This document shows, piece by piece, positions 53,472 to 64,000 of a stretch of DNA of 64,000 nucleotides. Below the pieces are notes generated by a model. That model worked only from the letters and a program-made list of their open reading frames with translations. It was not told the DNA's origin and did not search any database. The stretch is from Eledone cirrhosa. Taxonomy: Eukaryota. Numbering within the stretch: position 1 is the first letter of the stretch; every line of letters starts with the position of its first letter. Location of the stretch: assembly GCA_964016885.1 (NCBI GenBank), contig OZ024740.1, positions 75,330,001 to 75,394,000 on the forward strand, in the 5' to 3' direction. The position numbers were made by a program, and so were the translations under genes.

Positions 53472-56400
53472 CTCTTTGAGTCTCAGTCATTGATGTTAGT
53501 TAACTGGAAAGTTTGTTGAAATGAATATCAAGCCACTACCTGCAGCCTCAGATATTCAGGACGTATCGGAGGGTTCTTGCTGTTCCCAGCAAGCATGCCT
53601 TTTGAAGCGTTCCAAAAAGCGTGAAGGAGCCAATTTTCTTTAATCATCCCTGGAAACTTTTTGAGATAGTCCCTAGTGCGCCTATGACAATCGGGATCAC
53701 TTTGACTTCATGGCAGTTCCAAATCCTTTTTACCTCCCACTTTAAGTCCTGGTATCAGTTAATTTTCTCCCTCTCCTTCTCTTGCACTCTCGTGTCGAAT
53801 GGGCAGGCCACATCCACAATCAGGCACGATATTTTTTCTTTGTCCACAACCACCAGGTCAGGTCTATTGTGTTCCAGTTTCTTGTCCGTCTGTATCCTAA
53901 AATCCCACAGCACCTTCACCTGATCGTTTTCTATCACCGCCTCTGGCTTATGCTCATACCACTTCTCAGAATGTGGTAAATTGTTTACTTTGCATAGGTG
54001 CCAGTGGATCACCCTTCCCATCACATCATGTCTCCAGCCCTTATAGTGTGTCTGGGCTAGGTGTTTACACTCGGATACAATGTGAGCCACAGTCTCCTCT
54101 CTCTCTCCACAGATCCTGCACAGTGGGCTAGCCTCCTCCTTGTAAATATGGTGTTTCAACCACTTCGTTTTGAGGGCCTGCTCCTGCGCAGCCATTAACA
54201 TTCCTTCTGTAGCCTTTTTAAGGTCTCCTCTTTTCAACCAGTTCCATGTCTGTGGATCTCTAAATTCAGTTTTCTCAAAGAAGGTACTATGAAGGGATTT
54301 TTCCTGAAGGCTGCTCTTTCTCCTTGATGTTATTTCCTCCTTGGACACCCCTGGTCTATTGTCCTCGCCTTCAGTACAATTCTGAGCATTGGCTCCTTAC
54401 TATCAGTCACGTATTTGTGTAGGTTGTTTTTCTCCATCTGAACACAGTCCTCTATGCTGATAAGACCACTTCCACCTTCAGATCTCCTTAAGTAGAGTCT
54501 ATCGACATCATTCCTCTTGTGGAACATGTTGTAGATAGTCAATAGCTTCCTAGTCTTCCTATCCATTTCTTTTTGTTCAGCAACATTCCATCTCAGAATT
54601 CCCGCACTGTACCTAATAATAGACACAGCTCGGGAATTTACTGCACTTATGGCATTCCTACTGTTCAGATGTGACTTTAATACGCTCCTTACTCTCCGAA
54701 TGTATTCAGTTCTTATCAATTCCTTCATTTTTTTGTTCTTTATGTCATCAGCCTCCAGAACACCCAAATACTTGTATCCTTCTTCAGAGTCAATTTCCTT
54801 TATTATCTCACCTGTTGGTACCTGGATTCCGTTACTTCTGCTCAACTTACCCCTCTTCATCACAATGACTCCACACTTACTAATACCAAATTGCATACAT
54901 ATATCATTGCTGAAAATACGGACAGTGTCAACAAGCACATCCAACTCCTTCTCACTCTTCCCGAAGAGCTTAAGATCGTCCATTAAGAGGAGGTGATTGA
55001 TGGTAAGCCCTCCCTTTCCCAACCTGTATCCTGCTCTCACTTTTCGCAGTACACTGGTCAGGGGCATCAGGGCAAGGACAAACAACAGAGGGGACAGACT
55101 ATCTCCCTGGAAGATACCCCTCTTGATCTTCACGCTTCCCAAGGATTCTCCAGTTGATGTTAACTCTGTTTCCCAGGACTTCATACTTTTGCCCAACAAC
55201 TGTCTGATGTTATCTGCCACCTTGAAGATCTCCAGGCTTTTGGTGATCCAAGAATGAGGCACCATGTCAAATGCCTTTTTGTAGTCTATCCATCCCATGG
55301 CAAACCAGTGTGTCTCCTCTTGCAATTCCTCATTACCCTCTTATCAATAAGTAACTGGTCCTTTGTACCACGTGACTTCTTTCGGCATCCTTTCTGTTCG
55401 TCCGGTAACAAGTTATTTGTGTGGAGGTGATGGTAGATTTCCTCAGACATAATGCTTGTCAACAGTTTCCACATTACGGACAGACATGTGATAGGTCTAT
55501 AGTTGGTAACATCATTACCCTTGATTCGGTCTTTCATTATCAGAACTGTGGTAACTTTTGTCAACCACTCTGGTACCTCACCTGACATCAAGCAGTCATT
55601 GAACATGGTTGTCAGTTTCGGGTGGAGGTATGTTATATTTTTAATCCAATACCCCTGCACACCATCTGGGCCTGGTGATTTCCAGTTGGTTAGTTTTTTG
55701 GCCTGCCCCTTAAGAGTTTCAACTGTGATACTCAAATCAGTTTGTTGGTGTGCCTGTTCACTAATCTCCTTCTGTACTGTCTCAATCCACACTGCCTGGT
55801 CATTATGTTTAACATCCTGCTCCCATATTCCTCTCCAGAATGTTTTAGTTTGTTCCGCCTCAGGGATCAAGTCGTTGCCTCTTTCTTTCCCTTCAAGCTG
55901 TCCAAACAGCATCTTCTGGTTGTTGTCGAACATGCGGTTCTGTCTATACTGACTGACTCTGTTCTCGTATCGCCTGATTTTTGCACTCTTTGCTACAATG
56001 CGTTGCTTCAGTTCCTCTATGATAATATTTAGCTTTTTCCTCCTAGTTTTGTACTTTATCTCCAGTCTATGTTTAGTGTCTATGTTTTTTAGTGTCCCAT
56101 TCAGTAGGGACTCAAGCTTTCCAATGTCATTTCTCATTTCCCTGATTTGACCACTCAGTCGTTTCTTCCACCAAGGCTCTGCTCTTTCTTGACTGTTGTT
56201 TCCTCTTGCTTTATACCAAGTAGTTTCCTCACCGTATTTGCTGTTGCTTTGAGGATATTGTTGCACTGGTGAAGGCTCCTCGCCTCAAGGTATGGGATGA
56301 TTTTGTTTACCTTAGCTGTTGTTTCTTTTAACTTTTTCCTGTCTACAAATCTTAGGTTCATAGGTCTCCCACTATTATTGTTCAATTCATCTACCACTAA

Positions 56401-57075
56401 GTTTTGGATATCAACCAAATCTTATCCTAGCCCGTCAGCATTCATCTCCTCAGTGGCCGTATCTCTGTTCCAGGTATTATTTATCTCAGCATTCAGATCA
56501 TTGTCTGCTTCGGGTGGTTCCTCCGTTCTCTCGACCTCTTCACCTTCATTTCCCACTGGCTCGTTTGCCTGGCATACTCCACTCTCCATCTCCAAGCTAA
56601 TCTCTCTGCTCAGTTCTTCCAGTTCCAGCTCACTTATCCACCCATTAGTTCTTATTACCCGAGCCTGCCCGGCCAATTTGTGTTCATCTAATTTAAATAG
56701 ACCAATCTCGTTCCAGATGTTATGCATCCGTTTCCTATAGCCTTTCTCCTTGGGGTTACTCTTCGGGTAACATTGCATAACAGTTCTATTCAATTCTTTC
56801 GTCCAGTTGGTTCTGGTCCCTTTCCTTCTTCTTCTTCCTCCGACACCAGCAGTATTTGGTTGACAGCCAGGTCCCTGCTGCTGAGCCAGGGAGCACCTGT
56901 TGGGTGAGAGTCTGTCACATGACATTCTAGTCTCCATTTCACCGTTATTCGAACTGTTTAGGTTCGACATTTAAACACTCTTATCGAGGATTGGCGAATG
57001 TATAGTTACATAACCACCGGTGATTTCATCACCTCCGGTGATTTCGTCACTCCACGTGATTTTTGTGTGGCATTA
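53472..57075 (-). mobile_element. Near full-length R4/Dong-like RLE LINE, frameshifted
   Basis: ORF pieces 56970 to ~53550: N-terminal WTKELN..GYRKRM, KSPGPDG, NYRPITCL, IDYKKAFD, LMDDLKL, CRICGEREETVAHIVSEC and NRPDLVVVD..DVACP. (TAA)n tail. Confidence 0.93.
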
Positions 57076-57579
57076 TCACGCTGTAGACGAACATAAATAA
57101 ACAAACAAACAAACAGGCAAAAAAAAACCCAAAAATGAATAAGCATAAGTTTCATTGTAATGTAATGTTTGAATGTCTGACTTAGTTTTTCCCTTCCCTT
57201 CTCTGTCCGTCTGTTTGTTTTTCTCTTCATTTTTCTTTTCTTTACGTTTTTCGTTGTTGCTGTGCTGCTTTGATTTTGATTTTTGTTTTTTTTTATTTTG
57301 ACCGGGTCATCAATTCTGTCTATTTATATATTTTGATGCCTTCCTCTTTTAGTGGGGGCACTACGATGTAGCAGGGGGTAGCGGGAGAGAATAGCGGCGG
57401 TAGTGATAATGAGGCAGTGGTGGTGGTGGCGGTGCTGTGCTAGCAGCAACTAGCAGGAGGTAGTGGGAGAGAATAGCGGCGGTAGCGATAATGAGGCAGT
57501 GGTGGTGGTGATGTGATCGTAGTACTGTAGTGATGGTGTTGAAGTTGGAGTAGAAATAGCGGTTGAGAAATAGCGGTTG

Positions 57580-57616
<37 letters not shown>

Positions 57617-57617
<1 letters not shown>

Positions 57618-58859
57618 GCTGGAACGGCTCCTCTTCAAATTCTTGTGGAGGGGACAAGTTCCGTTGGTGAGGCGGTCCATCTGCTGCCAGCACCCTCTAC
57701 GCAGAGGGCTGGGCATGCCGTGGCTAATGATGCGCAGACATGCGTTGAGGCTGCGACATCTCCAGATATTCTGCCTCAACGGTGAACAGGTGTGGTCGCC
57801 GTTTATCAGACGGGCCTTTCCGCAGCTCATTTCTTTGACTGAGCTGCACTCCTGGGTCAAGATGAGACCGAGACTGGGTGACTGGCACCTGGAATGTTGC
57901 CAGGCACTCACTGCCCTCTACCAAGCGGGCAATGCGATCAGTGGAACTTCCACTCTCGAGTTCTATAGATGATTAGTGGTGGGCAAGTGCGATGACGCAC
58001 TCGGAGAAGTTTTGGGCCTCGGCGAAGTCGAACTGACCAGTCTGTACCGGAGGACTTTTGAGCCGGGGACGATGGACAATTTCCAGAAATCCCTCGCTTG
58101 GCAGTGTTACCGGGGAGCACTGCCGGTTCGGGATAAACTCTACAGGCACGGAAGTGCTGTCAGACGGACCTGCCCAAGATGCGCACAGAACGACGAAACC
58201 GTTCTGCACGCACTTGTCCAATGTCCGTGCATTACTGACTTGTGGAGTTATGTCGAACAGCTACTGTCGCGTGTAGAACGAATCCGGCTATCGGCCGAGT
58301 CCATAGTGAAGATCGATCCACCGGCTTCCTTAGGTCAGGAAGAGCAGGAAATTTTCCTCTGTCTGGTGGCAGTTGCGAAAGAGATTATATGGTGGACCAG
58401 GTTGAAAGGACTAAAGACAGACACTTTTCTCTTCGGCCAATCCCTCATCAACTTCTTCAAGTTTCACCTGGAAAGGAAGGTGAGGGTAGAGAGAGAACTG
58501 CTGCCCCCCAGTACATTTGCTAAAAGGTGGGTGAATGGGGCGAGAATGGCTCGTGTGAATGGGCCTACTCTGACCATGCGCCTATAGGCTGGCTAACTTG
58601 AGGAGAGGGGTGCTCTCCCTGGGTGCCCTAGAAGCGCAGGGTGGTTCAGGATTGGTGGGGTACCCGAATCACCCCAGGGTCGTCCACTATCGGGGAATTT
58701 ATTTTGTTATATTTATGCATAGCTTATTTTATATTTTTATATTTTCATTGTTAAATTAGTCTTGCCATTGTGCACTTTTACTCGACCTTATTGTAAACCC
58801 CCACTGTCCCTATCTTTGTATTGTCCCTACATGTCGGCCCTTGTGGCTAATAAATGAAA

Positions 58860-58860
<1 letters not shown>
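57617..58860 (+). mobile_element. L1/Tx1-like LINE 3' end
   Basis: FKFLW..GLGMP and zf-RVT LAWQ..ALPVRDKL..CPRC..ETVLHALVQC..W. One in-frame stop at 57970, AATAAA at ~58849, (TTA)n on both sides. Confidence 0.85.
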
Positions 58861-58924
<64 letters not shown>

Positions 58925-59926
58925 GTTTGTGTGTGTGTGTGTGTGAGTTCCGAAGCGGTTGTTTTGGTAAAAATAGGAGCAAGCAGGAGAAAGCTCTCAA
59001 CATTCGTAGTTTGTAGTTACGATGGAGATTCAGTATAATAATAACATTAATAAAGATGCTGATGTTACAAAAATCGTTTATTCATTATAATTATTTCAAC
59101 GGTTCTCCCATGCAATCAAAATGTAATTCATGCATTTGTTGTTGTCATGAGAACGGTATCCTCAGATGAAAGTCGATTTTGTGATATGCTGCCGACAGGA
59201 AAAAAACACGCGTCCTTCTGCTCGTGCGTCCAAAGGGAAAATATAAAATTGCCATTTTCATATAAATCTAACACGAGGTGCTTCTCACTTGACACCTGCG
59301 TTTTCTTATGTGTGCTTAAAGATATGAACATAACACAGAAGGTAAAATGGAGCATCCTGAAGTGATGAAGCCCTATATTAAAGGGGGAAAATGTTCGCTT
59401 TGTATTAGCGAAAGATACAGAATATTACAGGACTTGAATTAGCCACCAGAGATCTGAACAGTAAGACCGAGGGGTTCAGAAAATACCACATATGAACGAA
59501 CACCTCCTTGCGGCATGTGCCAGCACTATCACAAACCTACAACTATACCAGAATACATATAGTTACATGCAAACCCACACATATAATATGTATCCCATAC
59601 AAATATTGACATATGATATTACGATTAATAACCAATTTCACAGTAAAATCACAAACTCACAAACACCTTAGTGAAATTCACACCAAGATACGCATAAAGG
59701 CATACACGCACTAGCATATACACACATAATTAGTATTTTACTTTAAAACACATCATAATACACCATCTTAGAAAGACTCTTTCCTCCTAATTTAAGAAAA
59801 AGCATTTTAATTAAGAGCTGATTAACTATATTATTAGTAAAAATTATACTTATAATATATGTATACATATATCGATTTTTAATTTGTTTTGTAACATTTC
59901 TTATCTGAAAACGTGCGTTGAAACAG

Positions 59927-60264
59927 ATATTGTTATATTTTGGGAGGGTCATGCTGCCAATAAAAACACATGCACCTGTTGTGTTTAACTTCCATTTATT
60001 ACAAATTTCCGGTTGACTGGTTGGTTTGTTGGTTCGATAACCGGATGGTGTAGGACAGAACAAAGGTGAGACACAAAATAAAAGCCTAATCACTGAGGAG
60101 TTCACAGAGTGTGTGACGAAAGAGCTTTGACAATACATTAATAACCCTCCGGTTATCGAACCAAACAGCCAACCAACCAACCAACCGGAAATTTGTAATA
60201 AATTAAAGTCAAAACCAACAGGTGCGTGTTTTTATTGGCAGCATGACCCTCCCAAAGTATAACA

Positions 60265-60270
<6 letters not shown>
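59927..60270. mobile_element. Fold-back with an HHR-like motif in the spacer
   Basis: Arms ~59927-60045 and ~60148-60270. tca-CTGAGGA-gttcacagagtgtgtgac-GAAA-gagc-TT-tga at 60090-60130. Confidence 0.65.
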
Positions 60271-60358
<88 letters not shown>

Positions 60359-60530
60359 ATACTTACATTTATGTATCAGCTGTTCTAGAGCAAGAAATAA
60401 AATTCTAATTTTTAATATTGGGCAAGGCCAGCCGTAACTCGCTCGGTATGCAAATCAGGCTACTCAGCCAATATATACTTAAGAAAATACTATATATTTT
60501 CAACCGTTCAACACATTGGCAGAGAGGTAA

Positions 60531-60573
60531 ACAGTCCTGATGAGGGATAATGACCCAGAAACATGTTGATTGT
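60531..60573 (+). ncRNA. Type I hammerhead ribozyme
   Basis: acagtc-CTGATGA-gggataatgaccca-GAAA-catg-TT-gattgt. Covaries with 4393-4435. Confidence 0.8.
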
Positions 60574-60682
60574 TCCTCGATCTAGTGTTGAACAAACGGA
60601 TGATAATTGATCATCGACACAGCGCAGCTTTAATTGGGCTGTTAGCTTACAAACGAATCGAATATTATTATTAATGTTCGAT

Positions 60683-60876
60683 AGGGCGGTGGATTGGCAG
60701 TATCGGTAGAGGGTCGGACGTCATGCTTTGCAGCATAGAGTTACATCCCTTTACGGTCTGATTTCAAATCCCGCCGAGGTTAACTTTGCCTTTCATCCTT
60801 ACGGGGTCGATAAAATAAAGTACCAGTAATGTACTGGGTAATTGCTGGCCTTGTGCCTAAAGTAGAAACAATTATT
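60683..60876 (+). mobile_element. Full-length tRNA-derived SINE (Nin/Deu-like core)
   Basis: ggcggtggattggcagtatcggtag..tcaaatcccgccgaggttaactttgcctttcatccttacggggtcgataaaataaagtaccag. Apparent TSD attattaatgttcgat. Confidence 0.85.
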
Positions 60877-61159
60877 AATGTTCGATGTATCTCATACGTA
60901 CATATGTATGTATGTATATATATACGTGTGTGTATGTGTGTGCGTGCGTACATGTATACAATAGCTGTGCTAGAGCGAGAAATAAAATTAAAATTTTATT
61001 TTTCATATATAGTAAATATTCAACCAATGGTATAGGTGGAATTTTAAAATGATTAGAGAAATGTTTACACCATTGGTTTATTATTTACTATGCGCAATTA
61101 TTGTAACTTATCCTATAGATTTTACGTTGGATATTTTTGCTCTAGATGACTGTTGATTG

Positions 61160-61355
61160 TAATAATTGTTTCTACTTTAGGCACAAGGCCAGCAATTATC
61201 CCAGTGTATTATTGGTACTTTATTTTATCGACCCCGTAAGGATGAAAGGCAAAGTTAACCTCGACGGGATTTGAACTCAGACCGTAAAGGGACGTAACTA
61301 TGCTGGAAAACATGGCGTCCGACCCTCTACCGATACTGCCAATTCACCGCCCTTA
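61160..61355 (-). mobile_element. Full-length SINE
   Basis: Reverse complement, flanked by duplicated gttgattgtaataattgtttctacttt. Confidence 0.85.
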
Positions 61356-61732
61356 TAGTTGATTGTAATAATTGTTTCTACTTTTTTACAATGAGAATTG
61401 GATCCTTTTGTCATTTCGTAATAAAGTAGATCTACCAACTTTTAGTTGTTTTTTTTATAGTTTTCAACCTTATGAAAAATCTGTTGCATAATAAAACCTC
61501 TAGAATTGTAATGAAATAAGCGATACAGCAAAGAACTGAAATTGTTGAAGTAAAATCGCCAATTACACACGCCCATTATTTACTGAAAGAATTATTCAGT
61601 TATTAATATTCATTACTCTTTATGTATGTAACTGCTCAAATATTTAATATTTAATATTTGGAACATTGTGCTACTTACAATGTTATTTACATTTTAACGA
61701 TGTAGATCTACGCTTCTTTCTTTCAGCTATTT

Positions 61733-61775
61733 GGTCTCTGATGAGTTTTAAGAAAGACGAAACTAGTCAATTGGA
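61733..61775 (+). ncRNA. Hammerhead core with disrupted stem I
   Basis: CTGATGA-gttttaagaaagac-GAAA-ctag-TC, but the flanks do not pair. Confidence 0.45.
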
Positions 61776-62316
61776 AATCTCTGTGGTTTAACTACGGTAT
61801 CTAATTTCATGGCAAAATTTAATTTTAGTTTGTTAAACATGGCATATCAATCAAACTATAGTTTTACAGTATTTGAAAATATAACATCACGAAGAACCTT
61901 AGGAATCAAAAGGCATGAGTGTGAGAAATGAAATGGTTTTAGAAAGTACCAAGTATTAATGCAGAAATAATTGTTTCTAATTTAGACACAAAGGCAGCAG
62001 GTGGCAGAGTCGAGGAATGTCACATACATCTATCTCAGTATTTAACTGGTACTATACGTTATCGCCCCAGGAAGGATGAAAGACAGATTTAAATTCAAAA
62101 CGTAAGGAGCAATAATTAAATGCTACAAAGGATTTTGCCCGACGCCCTAACGGTTCTTCCAATCCCTTATTAAAGTAGAGATATTGACGTGTAGATGACG
62201 ATATTTGGGCTACATGATTCGGTCGTAGTCTGTAATAAACATGTAAGTGCACAACAACAAAATTACATGCACAAAAGTCCACATACACAAACACATATAT
62301 ACGGACACACACACAC

Positions 62317-62415
<99 letters not shown>

Positions 62416-63475
62416 TGCGTGTACACATACTCTCTCATACGCACACGCACACATTAGATTACAATAATGCAACGGATTTTTCATAAGAAGGTTTAAATCT
62501 ATAAAAAAAAACGTATTGTATTACAATCACTTATAACAGAGATATCCTACGTAAAATATTAATACATCGTGTAATAAAATAGACAACCAAGATACCAGAA
62601 AAACTGGAAGACCTAAACCTACTTGGCTGAGAACAATGTGTGACAATATGTCAGTCTGACTTTGGAGCTTCCTGATAGTAGAGTTGTGGAAGCGATATAT
62701 GGCTTGACTTCAGTATTTTAAACCTGGTGGATCCTATCCTTCTCCTGGTCGAACCACAGCCGATTTCCTCCAAACCGACGGAAAGAATATGAGATAGATA
62801 GATAGATAGAGAGAGAGGGGGGGGGGATACAAAGTGAGAGAGAGAAACATACAAAGATAGATAGAGAGAGAAAGAAAGAGAGAGGAGGGATCATCTCCAG
62901 TATTGGACTGGTATTGCATTTATTGACCCCCGAAAGGATGCAAATCAAATTTAATCTGAATGGGATATGACTTTGACAGTTCGGTGCCTTAAGAAGCTAA
63001 TAAGTTACATCATATCTCACAGTCTCTGAGGGTTGACACAATTGCCTGAGCCTTGAATACGTATTTAACTTGAAGTATTTAATTACGTTTTACATTCTGT
63101 GTTCAAATCTAGGTGAGATTAATTTTGCATTCATTCTTCCAGAGTTAAGTACTGAAACCGATAAATATTCTTACAATTGCATCTAAGTTGTGAATGGAAT
63201 TATATTAAATAAATCTGTAGTATCGTTAGTCCTACACCTAATTGCTTAGTGCTGTTCTACATTTAAAATTACTTTCTCTCCTGTAAATGTTTATACGCAT
63301 GTCTTATTCAAACGTATTCAAATACGGAATTTACTTCTGTTTCTCTAAAGTGAAGGGATTAATCTAGTTGTTAAAGTATTGAACAAGCGATTAGAAGGTC
63401 GTATGTTAGATTCCGGTGCCAGCCATATAGCACGTTGTATCGTTGAACAAGGCACGTTAATTGCCGTTGCTTCAA

Positions 63476-64000
63476 TTCTTCTTCTTCTTCTTCTTCTTCT
63501 TCTTCTTCTTCTTCTTCTTCTTCTTCTTCTTCTTCTTCTTCTTCTTCTTCTTCTTCTTTACCCACTTATTCCTGAGAGAGTCGTGCGGGCAGAGTCCTCA
63601 AACACTCCTTCCAGCGGGTCGTGTCAGAAGCAACCGTCTCCAACTGATCCGGCTAGATCCCCAAGCGAGACGAGCCGAGCTCATGTATGTTATCCATCCA
63701 TCTTGCTCGGTGTCTACCCTTAGATCTCTTGCCGATTGGTTTTGCCCGTAAAATCTATCCAGCGATTCTTTCTTGAGACATTCAAACCATACGCCCATAG
63801 TATCGGAGTTGTGATATCTCAATTCGGAGAAGTAGCGGCTCCACTTGGAGTGATTCTCTGATCTCCGAGCTACGCATTCTATCGAGTAACCTTACTCCAA
63901 AGACCCTTCGGGGGAATCCCATTTCAGCCGCTTGTATTCACGATCGTATTTTTTCGGTCATTACCCAAGATTCAAGATTCTCCACTCAAGATTCTCTACC
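63476..64000 (-). mobile_element. RTE-clade (Rex3/Expander-like) LINE 3' end with (GAA)n tail
   Basis: ESWVMTEKIRS*IQAAEMGFPRRVFG..DRMRSSEIRESLQVEPLLLRIEISQLRYYG..KGRHRARWMDNI, with several stops. Confidence 0.88.

Noticed and set aside
52426-56907. Plus-strand ORFs opposite the LINE ORFs
   Set aside because: Antisense shadows of RT coding sequence
59147-59365. SSDESRFC resembling the Tc1 transposase FSDESRF motif
   Set aside because: Single short motif with no other DDE residues or TIRs seen
60683-60780. SINE heads as tRNA genes
   Set aside because: A/B boxes present but no cloverleaf, and always fused to the SINE core

Overview
AT-rich eukaryotic non-coding DNA with dense (TA)n, (CA)n, (TATG)n, (TTA)n and (GA)n microsatellites. 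The SINE and repeat content suggest an octopus/cephalopod genome (inference). No host protein-coding exon could be supported; most short ORFs are microsatellite translations. Recognisable elements are RLE-type LINEs (R4/Dong-like, one near full length), an L1/Tx1-like 3' end, an RTE (Rex3/Expander-like) 3' end, CRE-like and CR1-like remnants, a probable Gypsy gag remnant, a tRNA-derived SINE in many copies, a non-autonomous Helitron and two Tc1/mariner MITEs. The main hidden signal, read by eye, is about 20 type I hammerhead ribozyme (HHR) motifs from more than 10 unrelated sequence families. Most sit in fold-back or tandem units embedded in (TA)n, and two lie directly downstream of Penelope-like GIY-YIG C-terminal remnants. 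They include a 312-bp retrozyme-like tandem array, U3-A8 and U4C core variants, long stem II insertions and family-specific palindromic stems III. Also present is a 902-bp TG..CA fold-back element with a 4-bp target-site duplication.
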